Assembly: GCA_034226945.1 (NCBI GenBank)
Contig: CP120457.1
Coordinates: 930,001 to 994,000, forward strand
Direction of reading: 5' to 3'
DNA from: Picochlorum sp. SENEW3
Taxonomy: Eukaryota
DNA: 64,000 nt
This document shows, piece after piece, positions 30,831 to 43,762 of the stretch. The position numbers and the translations under genes were made by a program. Under the pieces are notes generated by a model. It was not told the origin of the DNA and made no database searches. It worked only from the letters and a program-made list of their open reading frames with translations. Within the stretch, counting starts at the first letter, position 1. Each line of letters opens with the position of its first letter.

Positions 30831-31208
30831 ATGAAAACCTTTCAGCAGGTCAATACCGCTATCAGAGGTCCTTCCCTCTCGGTACCCATGCAACAGCAAC
30901 GGCATGGAATGTGTCTGCTCACCATACCTCGCCATATGAATAGAATACATGGAAATACTATTCAGACACAGGCTATGGCAGACGAAGATGCAAAACAGTA
31001 CGGGTTTGAGGATGTTAAACTCCGAGTACAGCAGATGGGACAAAAGTATGATTTTCTCAGTGCCTTCATGGGCAGCATCGCCGTGACTGGCTACTTTGTC
31101 TTTGCCAAAGGGCAGGATGTGGGGCTTGCCTTGAGCATATCATCATGCTCGACAATCATGGCAGTGGTGGTGAACGAATATCTCTTTGGTGGCAATGAGA
31201 CCCACTGA
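30831..31208 (+). CDS. Hypothetical small plastid membrane protein (two TM helices)
   Basis: Transit-like N-terminus, then YDFLSAFMGSIAVTGYFVF and LALSISSCSTIMAVVVNEYL. Confidence 0.7.
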   Translation: MKTFQQVNTAIRGPSLSVPMQQQRHGMCLLTIPRHMNRIHGNTIQTQAMADEDAKQYGFEDVKLRVQQMGQKYDFLSAFMGSIAVTGYFVFAKGQDVGLALSISSCSTIMAVVVNEYLFGGNETH

Positions 31209-31430
31209 TTCTTGCAAGAGTACCACTTGGTAGTGCACAGTCGAGCAACAACAATCAGACAAGAAGGAAAACAAATGGATGGCATTGTACACTAGCTCTG
31301 TATACCTATGAATGAATGAATGTCCATCAGAACAATCAATTGTAATAATCTATTAATTACTACTACCAATTCTTATTGAACTCGTCATGATGATATGTTT
31401 CATCCCAGGTGCAACCAATATATATACTAC

Positions 31431-31893
31431 TTAGGCTGCTTCTTCTCCTTCGTCAGGCGCACCCCTCATGTACAGAACATTATTACACCGAATAAGCACT
31501 TCACCCAGATTCCCTGTACACTTATCATCTATGTATTCCTCTGTATTCGCCAGCTGAAGATTCATGTAGGCATCCACAGACACCAAAAACCCTGCACATG
31601 TTTTTTGAGTAGGTCAACACGACCAGCATCATGGCATATACTTTCTTGATTTCTGGATCAGAGTAGTAGATATCACGAGTCATCATCATGAATTTCGGTA
31701 CCTACCTTTGTATTCCATGCCCCATTTGAGCTTCACTATCACCGGCTTACCCGTGAGTTCATTTAAAAATGGTTTAGGATTGACAGGAATTGACTGCATA
31801 CAGGTATGTTGACATCCATCAGCAAAGACGACAAAGATGATTGAAAACATGTACTCTTGTGTAAAAAAAGCAAACACGTACGACTCCTGACAT
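31431..31893 (-). CDS. SmF: Small nuclear ribonucleoprotein F; exons 31893-31882, 31793-31706, 31591-31431
   Basis: Spliced [59 protein letters not shown]. Confidence 0.95.
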
Positions 31894-31948
31894 GGCTCTC
31901 TATCTTTATTCACGGTACTATGACTACTACTATTAATAATTAGTATTA

Positions 31949-32869
31949 TTACATTTTAGAACGGGGCGTGCGTTGCAGTTTCTCTAGAATCTTGGCAAGT
32001 CTGCCCACCGTCTCTGGGGAGGACAGCATGGTCCATGCATCCTTGGCTTCGTCATCTACAAATGCCATCCATTCGTCTACAAAATCCTTCCTCAACAGCA
32101 TCTTGGTACCCTATAGATCATCATAATTATCATTGTCATGAATAGTATATTATTGAATAATAATAACGTACCCATCGGGCCTGTCCTGGAAGCTTGGCAT
32201 GCTCAGAGAGCCTCTCAATCACACGCTGCGTCAACTCCTCCTTTGGACATAGTTCATCAACAAGACCAATACGCTCTGCATCATCACTAGACAGAAGCGT
32301 GGCGAACTGAAGGAGTCTTCCCGCTGGCCCTGATCCAATCGTTCGCTCCATCAGCCGTCCCCAATACTTGGGGACATGAATCCCCAGAGCCACCTCATTC
32401 AGTCCAATATACCCGAGCCCCTCGGTCATAATTCTATAATCACAGCATAACGCGAGACAACAACCTCCTGCAGGACACGCACCGCGTATTCCCGCCATGG
32501 TAACAAGCCTTGATGTATGCAGTGCTCCCAGGAATCTATTGCTCACCCTCCAAAACTGCCTGCATGTATGTTTTTGCAGTGACAATGTCATCCATGCTGT
32601 ATCGTATTATTATAGCAAGAAGAAACGTACTTGTATCGATCGAGAGATGTGTTTGGAGCGTAGAGTTCGGTAATATCATTCCCAGCGGTGAACACGTCCT
32701 TGGAAACTCCAGACAGAAACGCAATGCCCTGCATTGCTGGGTTTGACTCGACCCGATGCAGAGCTTCAGCCAATTGGGTCCACATATCCATCGTCATTGT
32801 ATTTACAGGATGTTGTTTCATCCATACGATTGCAATTCCATCGTATTCTTCCACTTCAACGAAGCGCAT
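31949..32869 (-). CDS. Enoyl-CoA delta isomerase (crotonase family) ending in PTS1-like SKM; exons 32869-32631, 32559-32172, 32110-31949
   Basis: [29 protein letters not shown] and [10 protein letters not shown]. The C-terminus is RSKM-stop. Confidence 0.88.
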
Positions 32870-33005
32870 GTCGTGAATTCTTCTTCCACGGATGTCTTGT
32901 ACTATCTGTGTGGGTTTGAGACCCTCGCGATCGTTCCTCCTTCGATCTATGTCGTCATCAATACGTAATTATTACATAAAATAATAATCCCCGACCTCAG
33001 TATTA

Positions 33006-34124
33006 TTATGGCGCGCCATCTCGGATGCGGTAGACGAGAAAGTGGTGGTTGAGACTCTTGAGGGCATGGAGCCTCACATGATGCTGATGAGATCCTGAAC
33101 TCAAGACGCCGTTGGCATCTTCTATTGAATATATGATGCGTCTGAGCCGACTATGAACCAGAGCCATGGCGCACATGGTGCATGGCTCATGTAGGACGTA
33201 GCAATCATATCCAGTGCAGAGATATGGAGGGAGGTCGGCATGACCTGCTCTGTCTCCTGTATCCAAGGCACAAGGTTGGTTCAATACCTTTTTCAAGGTT
33301 GACTGTTTTTGAGGACTTGAAGCAGTATCGTCAGTATGGTACCAGGTGGATTGTTGCCAATCGGCAACCTCTTGAACCGCATTAAAGATGGGATGCTTGA
33401 GAGGGTGTTCCTCCGATGTATCAACGCCTGACCCGACTATTGTATTCGTAACTGGATTCACTATGATGCATGCATTCTGTATCCCACGTTGTTGTGCTGC
33501 TAATGCCCTGACAGTATTCATATGCTGCCTCATGATGCGTCCCTCTGCCGCATCAATCTCATGCCGCTCCCTCATCGTCATCTTATCAGGCATCATAATC
33601 ACCACAGGCCAGTACTCTTTCGTCCATCGTTCCTGATACTCTCGTGTATGTGGTCCGTATTTCGGGACCCGTGCCAGGTGGAGTGTGTGGGTATCATACT
33701 TGCACACAATATCCTTGACCTGCTGACGTGCCATCTCTCTCACATCTGTTCTTGGTGATGCGTTAGTTTGATCATCATCGTCTGGAATTGTCTTCAGATG
33801 GATTCTTTCTATTAATATCATCGCTCTCTTCCCTCCATGCGTCTTCCGAACCCTCTTCACATGACACATGGTCTTTGGCAGAGGCAGCAACTTGGATAGC
33901 AAGGGCACCAGCGTCCTGCAGTCTGGGGCATCAATCTCTACAGCAATCATATCTATCAGCTCCAATCGATTCCTGGGTTTGGATGGAATAAGAATAATAG
34001 AATTATCTTCAATCTGCGTTTGATGAGAGGAAGAAGAGGGTTGTTCATCATCCATGCGAGCATGTGAGATTTTTGGTCTTTTCGCATGCTCGACGACTCC
34101 CACCATTCTCCCAATGTCATCCAT
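33006..34124 (-). CDS. TAD3: tRNA A34 deaminase non-catalytic subunit
   Basis: HVKRVRK, YWPV, HPLKHP, YLCTGYD, EPCTMCAMALVHSR and LNHHF motifs. Confidence 0.9.
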   Translation of the reverse strand: MDDIGRMVGVVEHAKRPKISHARMDDEQPSSSSHQTQIEDNSIILIPSKPRNRLELIDMIAVEIDAPDCRTLVPLLSKLLPLPKTMCHVKRVRKTHGGKRAMILIERIHLKTIPDDDDQTNASPRTDVREMARQQVKDIVCKYDTHTLHLARVPKYGPHTREYQERWTKEYWPVVIMMPDKMTMRERHEIDAAEGRIMRQHMNTVRALAAQQRGIQNACIIVNPVTNTIVGSGVDTSEEHPLKHPIFNAVQEVADWQQSTWYHTDDTASSPQKQSTLKKVLNQPCALDTGDRAGHADLPPYLCTGYDCYVLHEPCTMCAMALVHSRLRRIIYSIEDANGVLSSGSHQHHVRLHALKSLNHHFLVYRIRDGAP

Positions 34125-34465
34125 TGCTGTTTTCTATTTCATCTACATGTATTATTTGTCTGCCATCTATATTCTATTTTTTTTTACCACCGTTGTAGTC
34201 ACAGCAAATCAGGCATCTTTTTTTTAAAGCCTGGGACAGAAGCTGCATTTGAAACACACACCGTCTTTCCATCTTTGGAATAATGTTTCCTATCCAAGCA
34301 ATGGTTTGATAGGACGTTGGGAGATATGGATCGATGTGATTTTAAAATTCCTTCTTCTTCTTCTTCTAGTTGTAGATTCCTCCTGATCATCATGCCATAC
34401 TGGGTATCCAAAAAAAGTACAAAAGTATTTTCATAAATAAAGAGAAAGGAATATCATCAAGAAGA

Positions 34466-34992
34466 ATGGATGAGGCAGCAAAGATTGCGTGGGGAAATGA
34501 GATGAGACGACAATTCAGTCCTGCTGGGGTCTCTTTAGAAGATGGGTCTATTAATCAGGATTTTTTCAAGCCTAAGAAGATTATTATTCAATTGACTGAA
34601 GCCAAGCGATGGGGGGAGCAGGAAAAGGCTGCGCTGCTCAAGGTGAGTTACATTTTTTTTTAAACTGTATTATTCAACAAAGATCAAGCCGATACTCTTG
34701 GGGATGATCACATGTGCAGGGTATTGAAAAACATGGGGTGGGAAAGTGGAGGGATATTATTGAGGATCACACAGAGTTGTGCCGGTATGATGATCAGTTT
34801 ATTCGGTTGAAGACGGCACGGTTGTTGGGTATTCAATCATTGGCGCGGCATATGGGGTGGAAGGGTGATGCGGCTGCGGTGGAGGCAGAGTATGCGAAAC
34901 ATAAGAAGATTGGGGAGGCGTTGGGGTGCTGGAAAGGGGGTGTGTTGGTGGAGAATGATGCGGGGCAGGTTGCCCAGGCGCTTGCAGAGTAG
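34466..34992 (+). CDS. Small Myb/SANT-like domain protein; exons 34466-34642, 34720-34992
   Basis: KRWGEQEKAALLK|GIEKHGVGKWRDI Myb-like repeat. The intron is GTGAGT..TGCAG. Confidence 0.8.
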
Positions 34993-35022
34993 AATTTTCA
35001 TCTTCTTTGCTGTGGATAATGA

Positions 35023-36484
35023 TTACACGATGGTGACACCACGGAAATCAGACATGATGCCAATGTTGTAGTCTTTTCCTCTCTCAGAAATGTGTTTGAG
35101 TGTCCCAAAGAGAATGGATTTTTCTGCACGAAGAAGTGACGCTGCAACCACCTGCCTGGCGGTGCTGCTTGGGTTGGAAATAATATCATCATCTTCTTCG
35201 ATAGATGTTCTATATGCATCCAAGCGCTTCTGTAAGTGCGCCATCAATGCAGAGAGTGCTACTTGTTCATTTTTCATGGAAATAACTGCGTCTTGGCTGT
35301 CAAATGCAACAGCTGCCACTTCTTCTTCTGTTGTTGCAAACGTCAGTCTGAGATATGCAAGTAAATGCTCTGGAACTGGGCTATGTGCACTTAATTGAAA
35401 CGCTTGACTGGTGGCCAGACCGGCATCAGCCAGTCGGTTTCTCTTGGCTCTGAACAAGGGGTCATCATTTGGAATGGTGATTGTCATTGGCATTTTATCA
35501 TATGGGTTGATCGGATCAACCACGCCATAATTAATCAACAACTTGCTATTGGGTTGTGGTCCGCACCATGCATACACTGGGTCACCTGGAGCATACTCTC
35601 TGTCGACTGCGAGCTGAATTTCCCTTGCATCTTCACAGTATCTCAAAACAGCCTTGCAGGTGCTCGAGTAGGTCAGCAGTGGTGGCCCAAGAGGAACCAG
35701 AGCAAATCTCTTACTCAACTCCACGCCTTGTAAATGAACGACAGATCCTTGAATCGCAGCAAACGCCTGCTTGAAAACCTCAAAGCTGAATTGCTCTGTT
35801 GGAATTTCAAACGGATAGTTTCGAAACAAACTGGATCCCATAAACCAGACTGTATCCAATTCATCATACTCTGCCTTGATACCTTTCAACCTCGCGTTGA
35901 TATCATCAATCACCGTACTTCCAGCTAACAATTCATCAATCTCCTTCTGCGACCAAAGCAAGGGCGATTTTGCACCCTGTGATCCCCTTCCAGCTTGCCT
36001 ATCCAACTCTTTGATGAATGGATAAATGTACGAATCCTTCCCACGTTTCTTCTCATAACACAGATACAGAGTCAAACACGCTAATTCACTTAATTTGTTC
36101 GTCGTCAGAAGCTCCGCCACACCCCCATCCTCGAATATTCTGTCCAATGTCACTATCAAAGACTCTGGTATCCTGAGAACTACATCACCTTCCTTGAGTT
36201 CTTCCTTGGCCACGGTCACATCAACATCCCTCCCGCGCCTCTTGAAATTCTGCAACGTTACTTTTTGATCTGGTGCTCCATTCTCCTGCAGAATCGACGG
36301 ATTCAGACAGTGTGTTCTTGGCGAGGATGAAAACCTCTGACAATAGAATTAGGCATATACGCACCGATAGCCACTGTAAAAATGGTTGTGATGACACTGA
36401 TTGACAATGGGTACTCCTCAATCGAGATGGAATACGACAGACTGACTGCCTTGAAAAAGAAATCTTCCTATAGAATTGAGACAT
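35023..36484 (-). CDS. Plastid SET-domain (Rubisco LSMT family) protein, SAFE1-like; exons 36484-36365, 36285-35023
   Basis: AELLTTNKLSELACL, ELDRQAGRG, RFALVPLGPPLL and WCGPQPNSKLLINYG, as recalled for the Arabidopsis At5g14260/SAFE1 group. Confidence 0.85.
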
Positions 36485-36536
36485 GTGCGATGTGCTGTTA
36501 AATACGATTATACTGTATCAATTAATCCAAATACGT

Positions 36537-37925
36537 TTATTCTTCAAATTTTTTAAACAAGATGGAGCTGTTGTGGCCACCGAATCCGAATGAATTCGAC
36601 AGCGCAACATTCACAGTGTGGGCCTGCTGCTCTCGGCCAACCAGAATGTTGAGATTGACATCATCTTCTGGGTCATCGAGGTTCAAATTCGGATGCAGTC
36701 GATCTCTTCTGATTGCTTCTACGACAGCAACGGCTTCTACTGCACCTGCTCCACCGAGCAAATGTCCTATCATTGATTTGGTCGAGTTGATTCTGACATT
36801 CTCATGTCCCAAGACGGATGTGATGGCTCTGTACTCTGCCATATCTCCTGCTGGAGTTGAGGTTCCGTGTGCATTCACATAATCAACGTCCGTTGGATTG
36901 ATTCGTGCATTCTCCAAAGACTTTTTGATGCAGGAGATGACTCCCTTGCCTTCTGGATCTGGGTCTGAAATGTGATGCGCATCACAGGTGAAGGCTCCTC
37001 CGATAAACTCTGCCAGTATGGGGGCTCCTCGAGCCTTTGCATGCTCCAACTCCTCCAACGCCAGGACACCAGCTCCTTCACCCATCACAAACCCATCGCG
37101 GTTCTTATCCCAAGGTCGAGACGCCGCTGCAGGATCATCATTGCGCTTACTCAACGCTTTGCATGCTATAAAGCCACCAATACCTGAAGGAATCACAGCT
37201 GCGTCGGCCCCTCCAGCCAACATGAGGTTCGCTTCTCCTCTCCTAATATGCTCCGCTGCCTGCATAATACAATAATTCCCTGTCGCACACGCGGTCGAGA
37301 TGGAATAATTTGGTCCCATGAATCCGAGATCGATGGCCAACATGGCTCCCCCCATGTTTGAAATGGCAAAGGGAATGCAGAATGGATTCATCTTTCTATG
37401 GCCACTCTTTGCGAGGGCTTCTGCAGCTGTACTAAACGTCATCAGGCCACCCATTGCTGTTCCAATCAATATCCCACACTTTGTCTTATCCAACGTGTCA
37501 TCATCCTCCCACGACACCCCTGCCGCTTCCAGTGCTTTTTTCCCAGCAACCTGGAGGTACAGCATAACTTTATCCTGCCTCTTGACCCACTTTTTCTGAA
37601 CATATCCTGACGCATCAAACGATTTAATCTCCCCAGCGATTTTTGTGCTAAAATCAGACGCATTAAAAGACTCTATCGTGCTAATCCCGCTCTTACCGGC
37701 AAGCAAATTCGAATAAAATTCATCCGTGTCATGCCCCAGACTGCTAACGACTCCCTGCCCAGTCACAACAACCCTTCTCGCTGCTCCTTTTCCATATGGA
37801 GGTGCTGATGAATCATTTGATGCCCTGGGAGAGACAATGTAGCGTGTTCTTCTATGCCGTGTCGTTCCAGTTGGCGAAACGAATCCTTTCGTCGCACTCC
37901 GCTGTACGATTCCGCAGAGATCCAT
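36537..37925 (-). CDS. fabF: 3-oxoacyl-ACP synthase II, plastid
   Basis: RRVVVTG, KAS II-type KMNPFCIPFA, catalytic STACATG, NAHGTST, KSMIGHL and SNSFGFGGHN. Confidence 0.95.
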   Translation of the reverse strand: MDLCGIVQRSATKGFVSPTGTTRHRRTRYIVSPRASNDSSAPPYGKGAARRVVVTGQGVVSSLGHDTDEFYSNLLAGKSGISTIESFNASDFSTKIAGEIKSFDASGYVQKKWVKRQDKVMLYLQVAGKKALEAAGVSWEDDDTLDKTKCGILIGTAMGGLMTFSTAAEALAKSGHRKMNPFCIPFAISNMGGAMLAIDLGFMGPNYSISTACATGNYCIMQAAEHIRRGEANLMLAGGADAAVIPSGIGGFIACKALSKRNDDPAAASRPWDKNRDGFVMGEGAGVLALEELEHAKARGAPILAEFIGGAFTCDAHHISDPDPEGKGVISCIKKSLENARINPTDVDYVNAHGTSTPAGDMAEYRAITSVLGHENVRINSTKSMIGHLLGGAGAVEAVAVVEAIRRDRLHPNLNLDDPEDDVNLNILVGREQQAHTVNVALSNSFGFGGHNSSILFKKFEE

Positions 37926-38343
37926 ACTGCTGCTATGTGAAATGTACGTTCTGCATACACATATTCATGGTGAGATGAATTCAATCGATTCTCGAATGGC
38001 CACATTCCTGCTCTCTGAGACATGGCGCTGCGGCTGTTCAAACAGACTCTACATACCTCTATACCGAGTATACTTTGAGATCGTACTGAAAACTACAAAA
38101 TCTATTGACAATGGATGGTTCTTGGTGTGGGACAATGCGCTTCAGGAGCTAGATTTGGATATGTTTTTAGATTTGTGGGTGATTGACCATGAAAGAGGAT
38201 GGTTGATGGGAGTACTCTTGTCTGGTTGGGAACGTTGATGGCGGTCACGTCGTGCTGCATGGATGGGCATTAAATCATCGTGCATTCTAGTGTATGTACA
38301 CGTGTCGTATATTTGATTGAATTATTACACGGCATTGGTGGGT

Positions 38344-39756
38344 ATGATGGCTGTAAAGGTCGATCGGATGGGGATGCAACGACATGCTTCTTTTTGTCGT
38401 ACGTCTTTGCATCCTGCGTTGATCATCGTGCATGGTACTGGTGGCAGAGAGGCGACATATAGAAGAGTGCATGCAATGTCGAGGGCCGTGCGGGTTGAGA
38501 GCAGCAGCAGCAGCAGCGTGTACTTGGACTGGGCCCTGGAGAAGGGGGTGTCGTTTCAAAAGGTGACGCAGGATGTGATTGGGGGTATGCGAGGGATGGT
38601 GGCTGTTGAAGATGTTGGGAAAGGAGAGATTTTTGTAGAGCTACCAAGGTCTGCTGCGCTTGTAGTTGATCCCTTGGAGAAGTGTCCTTGCAGTGAGTTT
38701 GTGGATGCTGGGTATTACAAAGCATGCTCGTGGTATGTAAAAATGTCCATCTTGTTGCTGTGGGAGAGGCAGAAAGGGGCGTCGTCGAGAATATATGGAT
38801 ATATAGCTCAATTACCGTCGAGTATTGATACTCCTGTTCGTTGGAGTGAGGAAGAAGTAGACCAGTTGCAATCAGCTAGATTGAAACAGGCTGTTCTGGA
38901 GCAAAAAGAGGAATGGTCTGCTGCGTACAAAGAGTTTCAGAAGAATAGAGTAGATAATATCACAGAGGTGACGTATGATGATTTTGTATGGGCCATGGAA
39001 AATGTGAGGAGTAGGTCGTTCAGTGGGCCATATGCTGGGTCTCCAATTAGAGAGCGACTCACCATGGCTGGTATGCTTGCCGTTGTGGGTGGTGGATATG
39101 CGTTCATGTCTCATATTCCTTTAGAGTCTGTGTTAAATGCTGGAATAGCGGTGGCGTGTTTTAATCTCGTGTATGATGTGGTACTCTCATCCAGGCTGAA
39201 ATGGTTTGCCATGTGCCCAGTGATTGACAGTTTGAATCACAGTGGGAATGTGACGAGCTCGATCGAGTACGAGTATTTCAAAGATACATTTGTTGTATCA
39301 ACAGAGTCTTCGTATGAGAAGGGGCAGCAGATATTTATTTCGTATGGGAAGAAGACAAATGAGCAGCTGATGCAGTATTATGGGTTTATTCTGAAGGATA
39401 ATCCTCATGATGTGTATACTGTTGTAGCCACTGTGAATGGAGTCGAAGTTCCATTGTCGATCACGCAGAATGGGCAACTTGCTGAGGAGACGATGACGAT
39501 GCTGGAAGGGAATGATGAGGTGAGGAAAGGTGTGTCTGGAAGTTTCTCAGATGCTGTCAATGCTGCCCTCATTGATGCCGTCAGGCAAGAATTAGATAGA
39601 AAGCAGACATCGCTTGCAGACGATGAACGGCTGTGTAATTCACCTGGAATGGTGAAAAGTGCTAGGCAACAGATTGCTCTTGATTTTCGAATGTCTCAAA
39701 AGACCATGTTGACCAAGGCATTGACACTTGCTGAGAAGAGGCAAAAAAAGCGGTGA
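38344..39756 (+). CDS. Plastid SET-domain (Rubisco LSMT family) methyltransferase-like protein
   Basis: MRGMVA, VRSRSF, PVIDSLNH and FISYG..NEQLMQYYGF SET motifs. The start codon is uncertain. Confidence 0.88.
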   Translation: MMAVKVDRMGMQRHASFCRTSLHPALIIVHGTGGREATYRRVHAMSRAVRVESSSSSSVYLDWALEKGVSFQKVTQDVIGGMRGMVAVEDVGKGEIFVELPRSAALVVDPLEKCPCSEFVDAGYYKACSWYVKMSILLLWERQKGASSRIYGYIAQLPSSIDTPVRWSEEEVDQLQSARLKQAVLEQKEEWSAAYKEFQKNRVDNITEVTYDDFVWAMENVRSRSFSGPYAGSPIRERLTMAGMLAVVGGGYAFMSHIPLESVLNAGIAVACFNLVYDVVLSSRLKWFAMCPVIDSLNHSGNVTSSIEYEYFKDTFVVSTESSYEKGQQIFISYGKKTNEQLMQYYGFILKDNPHDVYTVVATVNGVEVPLSITQNGQLAEETMTMLEGNDEVRKGVSGSFSDAVNAALIDAVRQELDRKQTSLADDERLCNSPGMVKSARQQIALDFRMSQKTMLTKALTLAEKRQKKR

Positions 39757-39921
39757 CTACAAATGTAATGCTCTTTAATAGGATTGACTTTTACAAAGTG
39801 TAAAAAATACCTATGCAATCATGTAAGACAAAGATCTCTGACGACATGGTGCTATGGATACCTATCTGGCATCACAAAATGCATTTGACTGTTGAATTCC
39901 AGAAAATTGTATCATCTGCGA

Positions 39922-42900
39922 TTACTTTTGGCTGACCCTTACAACGGAAGCACGGGACAACAGGCTTCCTGGTGACTGGATGTGACCACCAACTCCTGGA
40001 ACTCCGCCAGAAGTATATCCACCGGCAGAAATGCGCCCAGACAGGCGAGCAACGCTGACACGCGACATGGATGATCTGTTGACGCCAATACCTGCGTTGG
40101 TTCCAATGTGCTCTCCCTTAAGGTTGAAGAAAGTCTGGTACAAAGATTGCTGGCGAATGCCTTCCTCGTTGAGGATGTAGTGCATTGCCCACTTGATTGG
40201 ATCCAATCCAAAGTACCAAATTGCTGCCCAAATCCATGCAGCCACGGCATAGTATGTGCATCCAATCACAGAGGCGGTATTTACTGCCTCTGTTCCAGCA
40301 AATGGAACTTCACGGGAATTGAAGAATGGATTGAATCCACCAGTGGACAGGGTGCAGAATTGGCAGTCCTCAACCGGGTTGGGTGGGAATGTGTATCCAT
40401 TGAATCCAAACACAGAAATCAGAGTGGCGCAGAACTGTGCTGCAAAGAATGCAATATATGTCCAAGATCCAGCGCGAGAGAACAACGAGAACGCTGCTGT
40501 GCGCACAACAAAGACGAGAGCTTGTCCTGAAATAGATACCTGAAGGTACAATGCAGCCCTGGACATGGCTCCACGGACATACCTCTGCTCTACCACGCAC
40601 TGCTCCAAGGCAGGGATTTCTCCATAGCCGGCATTCAATTGCGCTTCGGTCAGATCGTAAATCTGTGAAATTGGTGTGTCATCAGTGATCTGATTCCCTG
40701 ACCTGTTAATGTAGCCAGGAATTCCAGAGGTCTGGCACCACTCTGTGACAGAGTTCTCTCGCTCATCCAAGGAAAACATACTGAGTTTATCCTCGAAGAA
40801 TGTCATATGCGTAAGCACATAGTAGAATACCCACGAGGACAATGTGAGGTACAAGCCATAGACAATTCCTGTGGTGAAGATGGAGAACAGGTTCCAACGA
40901 TTGGGTACATGGGATGGAACAACTCTATCCTTTGACAATGCAATCATGGCTCCATCGTTGAACACAGCCAACAGCACAATCAAAATAGTTGGGAAGAACC
41001 AATCATAGATCACCGTGAGAAGACCAAACGTGAACGAGATACGGAATGTCATTGCAACAGTGTATCTGGCATATGTGGTCATGCGCTGGAAGATCTTTCT
41101 AGCACCAATCACGGCACCAACAATAGTGAAAAGACCTGGTTCAGTGAGCACAATATCTGCGGCACCGCGTGCAGCATCAGTTGCACCGGCAACAGCAATA
41201 CCGACATTGGCCTTTTTCAATGCTGGAGCGTCATTGACACCATCTCCTGTCATTCCAAGCATATGTCCTCTATCCTGCAACATTTTCACAATCATATGCT
41301 TATGCTCAGGGAACACCTCTGCAAATCCATCAGCCTCTTCAACCAGATCCTCCACACTGGCATGGCCTTCCACAAGTCCAAACCCTTGCTTTGCCTTCAA
41401 CAAAGCCTCCGTGGTAAACATATTTGTTCCCAATCCCAACTGCTTTGCTGTTTCCTTACCAATCAGCAACTGATCTCCTGTCACCATCTTCACCTGAATG
41501 CCCATAACCAAGCATCTTTCGATGGTTTCTTTGGTATCATGACGTGGAGGATCAAACAGTGGCACAAGACCAACCATTTGCCAGGATGGGGTTCCCTCTC
41601 CCTCGGAAATAGCAATACCCAATGCACGATATCCTCTTCCGGCATACTCGTTAATCTTCTTGGTGCATACTTCCTCAATATCGCTCGCATTTCTTGCGTT
41701 ACGTACAACCACCTGAGGAGCTCCCTTCATCACCTGGAAGTATCTTCCAGTCTCATTCTCCACCAAATGGGCAATAGTGTACTTATCCGTTGGGTTAAAT
41801 GGAACATACTTTTTCAACGTGTAAAGTTCCTTGATAGAATCTCTCTCAGCATAGGATTCGAAGAGCACCATATCAATAGGCTCTTCAGTGACTGTATTGG
41901 CAGACAGAGCACCATACTTGAGAATATCTTCAATCGTAAAGTCTCCCTCAGGATGACAGGTTGCCACATCTACAGTCAATTTGTTGAGAGTGAGTGTTCC
42001 TGTTTTATCAGAGCACAGAATATCCATTCCAGCCATTTCCTCCACAGCAGACATGCGGGAAACAATAGCACCATCCTTGGCCAATTTGAATGCTCCCAAG
42101 GCCAATGTCACAGACAACACCGTAGGCATGGCAATTGGAATACCTCCAACAATGATGACCAAAATATTCGTGAGGATTGGACAGTATCCCTCTCCACCAT
42201 AGCAAGAGTGATTAAAATGACCAAATCCAACACCAATTTCAATCACAACCCAGACTCCAATCGTAAGCAAACAAATAGCTCCAATCTTTGTCATGATAAT
42301 TTGAAGGTTGGCAACGTTATCAGATGCTCCAAGCAGAGCAGCGGCTCTTCCGAAGAAGGTATCCATACCAGTTGCATAGACAACACAGTGACGCTCTCCT
42401 TGCTTGATGGTGGATCCAGAGAAACACACATCTCCAGAATACTTCTTCACCGGAAGAGATTCACCAGTCAAAGCTGCCTGGTCGCACTGCAATGGTGTCT
42501 CAAGCTCTGGACTCGCAGCACCTTCATCAAGAATCTTCACATCAGCGGGCACAATATCTCCCAATCTGATGACCACGATATCTCCTGGAACAAGATCCTG
42601 CGCTTCCACCGTTTTCGGTTCTCCATCTCGAATAACCTTTGCTTTCGGCGCCAATGCTGATGTCAACGCCTTGATAGCTTTGTCAGCATTCGACTCCTCA
42701 ACAAAAGAAATGGTTGCATTGACAAGCAACAATGCCACAATCAATGCAAAATCAGCATAATCAAGCAACGCAATAGCAATAATCGCTGCTGCTTCCATAG
42801 CCCACGACAATGGATTCCACATATACCCGAGGTAAATAAACAGAGGATTTCTGCTGGACTCTGGCAACTTGTTTGGACCATACTCTTCCAACCTCTTTGC

Positions 42901-43274
42901 AGCCTCTTCGCTGCTCAGTCCCTTCTCATCACACTTGAGCAACTCAAACGCCCTCTGTTCAGACACGTCCTTGAAATCAACCTCATCTCCCTGATCCACA
43001 TCCACATTGACATCTATATATATAGCATTATCATCATCGACACGTGATCGTCCGCCGTCATTCGAGGGCACACAAGAAAAAAAAAAGGACCAAGGGAAAA
43101 TATTCCATTAAAAAGATACCCCCCATCGCACCCCACCCTCGACCGTACACCAGACACCCACGAGGGCAAGCGTCCCTCCGCAGCCTCCAGTTGATCGATT
43201 CGTCAAACATCGTCTTTATAGGCTATCACTAACAACAAAAGACACCCAAACAACAGCGCACCTTTGCTCGACAT
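39922..43274 (-). CDS. Plasma-membrane P3A H+-ATPase; exons 43274-43262, 43013-39922
   Basis: [40 protein letters not shown] and [15 protein letters not shown] 13-nt first exon (MSSK) is inferred from phase-compatible GT/AG sites. Confidence 0.95.
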
Positions 43275-43762
43275 TGTCTCACACTGGTCTGCAGTGCTGA
43301 CCCCGATTCGCAAAGTCTACGTTCCAATCGTCCCTGTAACAACACAATCCCATGCGATGGGAATGTAAACAAGTGATACGTATGCAGGGTAATCGACACC
43401 AGATAAGACGGAGTAAACCGAAACAAATCAACCGTCAGAAATGGGATTCGAGGGAATCGGGGAAGGAGCAGAAAGCCTGAGAATATATTCCATCATACCT
43501 GGTAGACCACACAGTTGTATCGAATTTAACTATTACCAATAATATTACATGCAATTGGCTTGACAAAGCTGTTCTTTGAGGATTAGGTTTTTGGCAGAAA
43601 CACGGGGTTGCCCGCTCCATTGGAACGGCTCCAAGGTTGACAGAGATCTCTCTCGAGGATGAGGAGATGATCAGGAGGACGCGGGTGTATCTCATTGGTA
43701 CCAATTACCGGTAAAATGAGCATGGTTACATGGTGTCGTGCATATCGCTATTGGTACTAGAC

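Noticed and set aside
41263..42660. 465-aa plus-strand ORF
   Set aside because: It is an antisense shadow of the conserved H+-ATPase and has no recognisable motifs.
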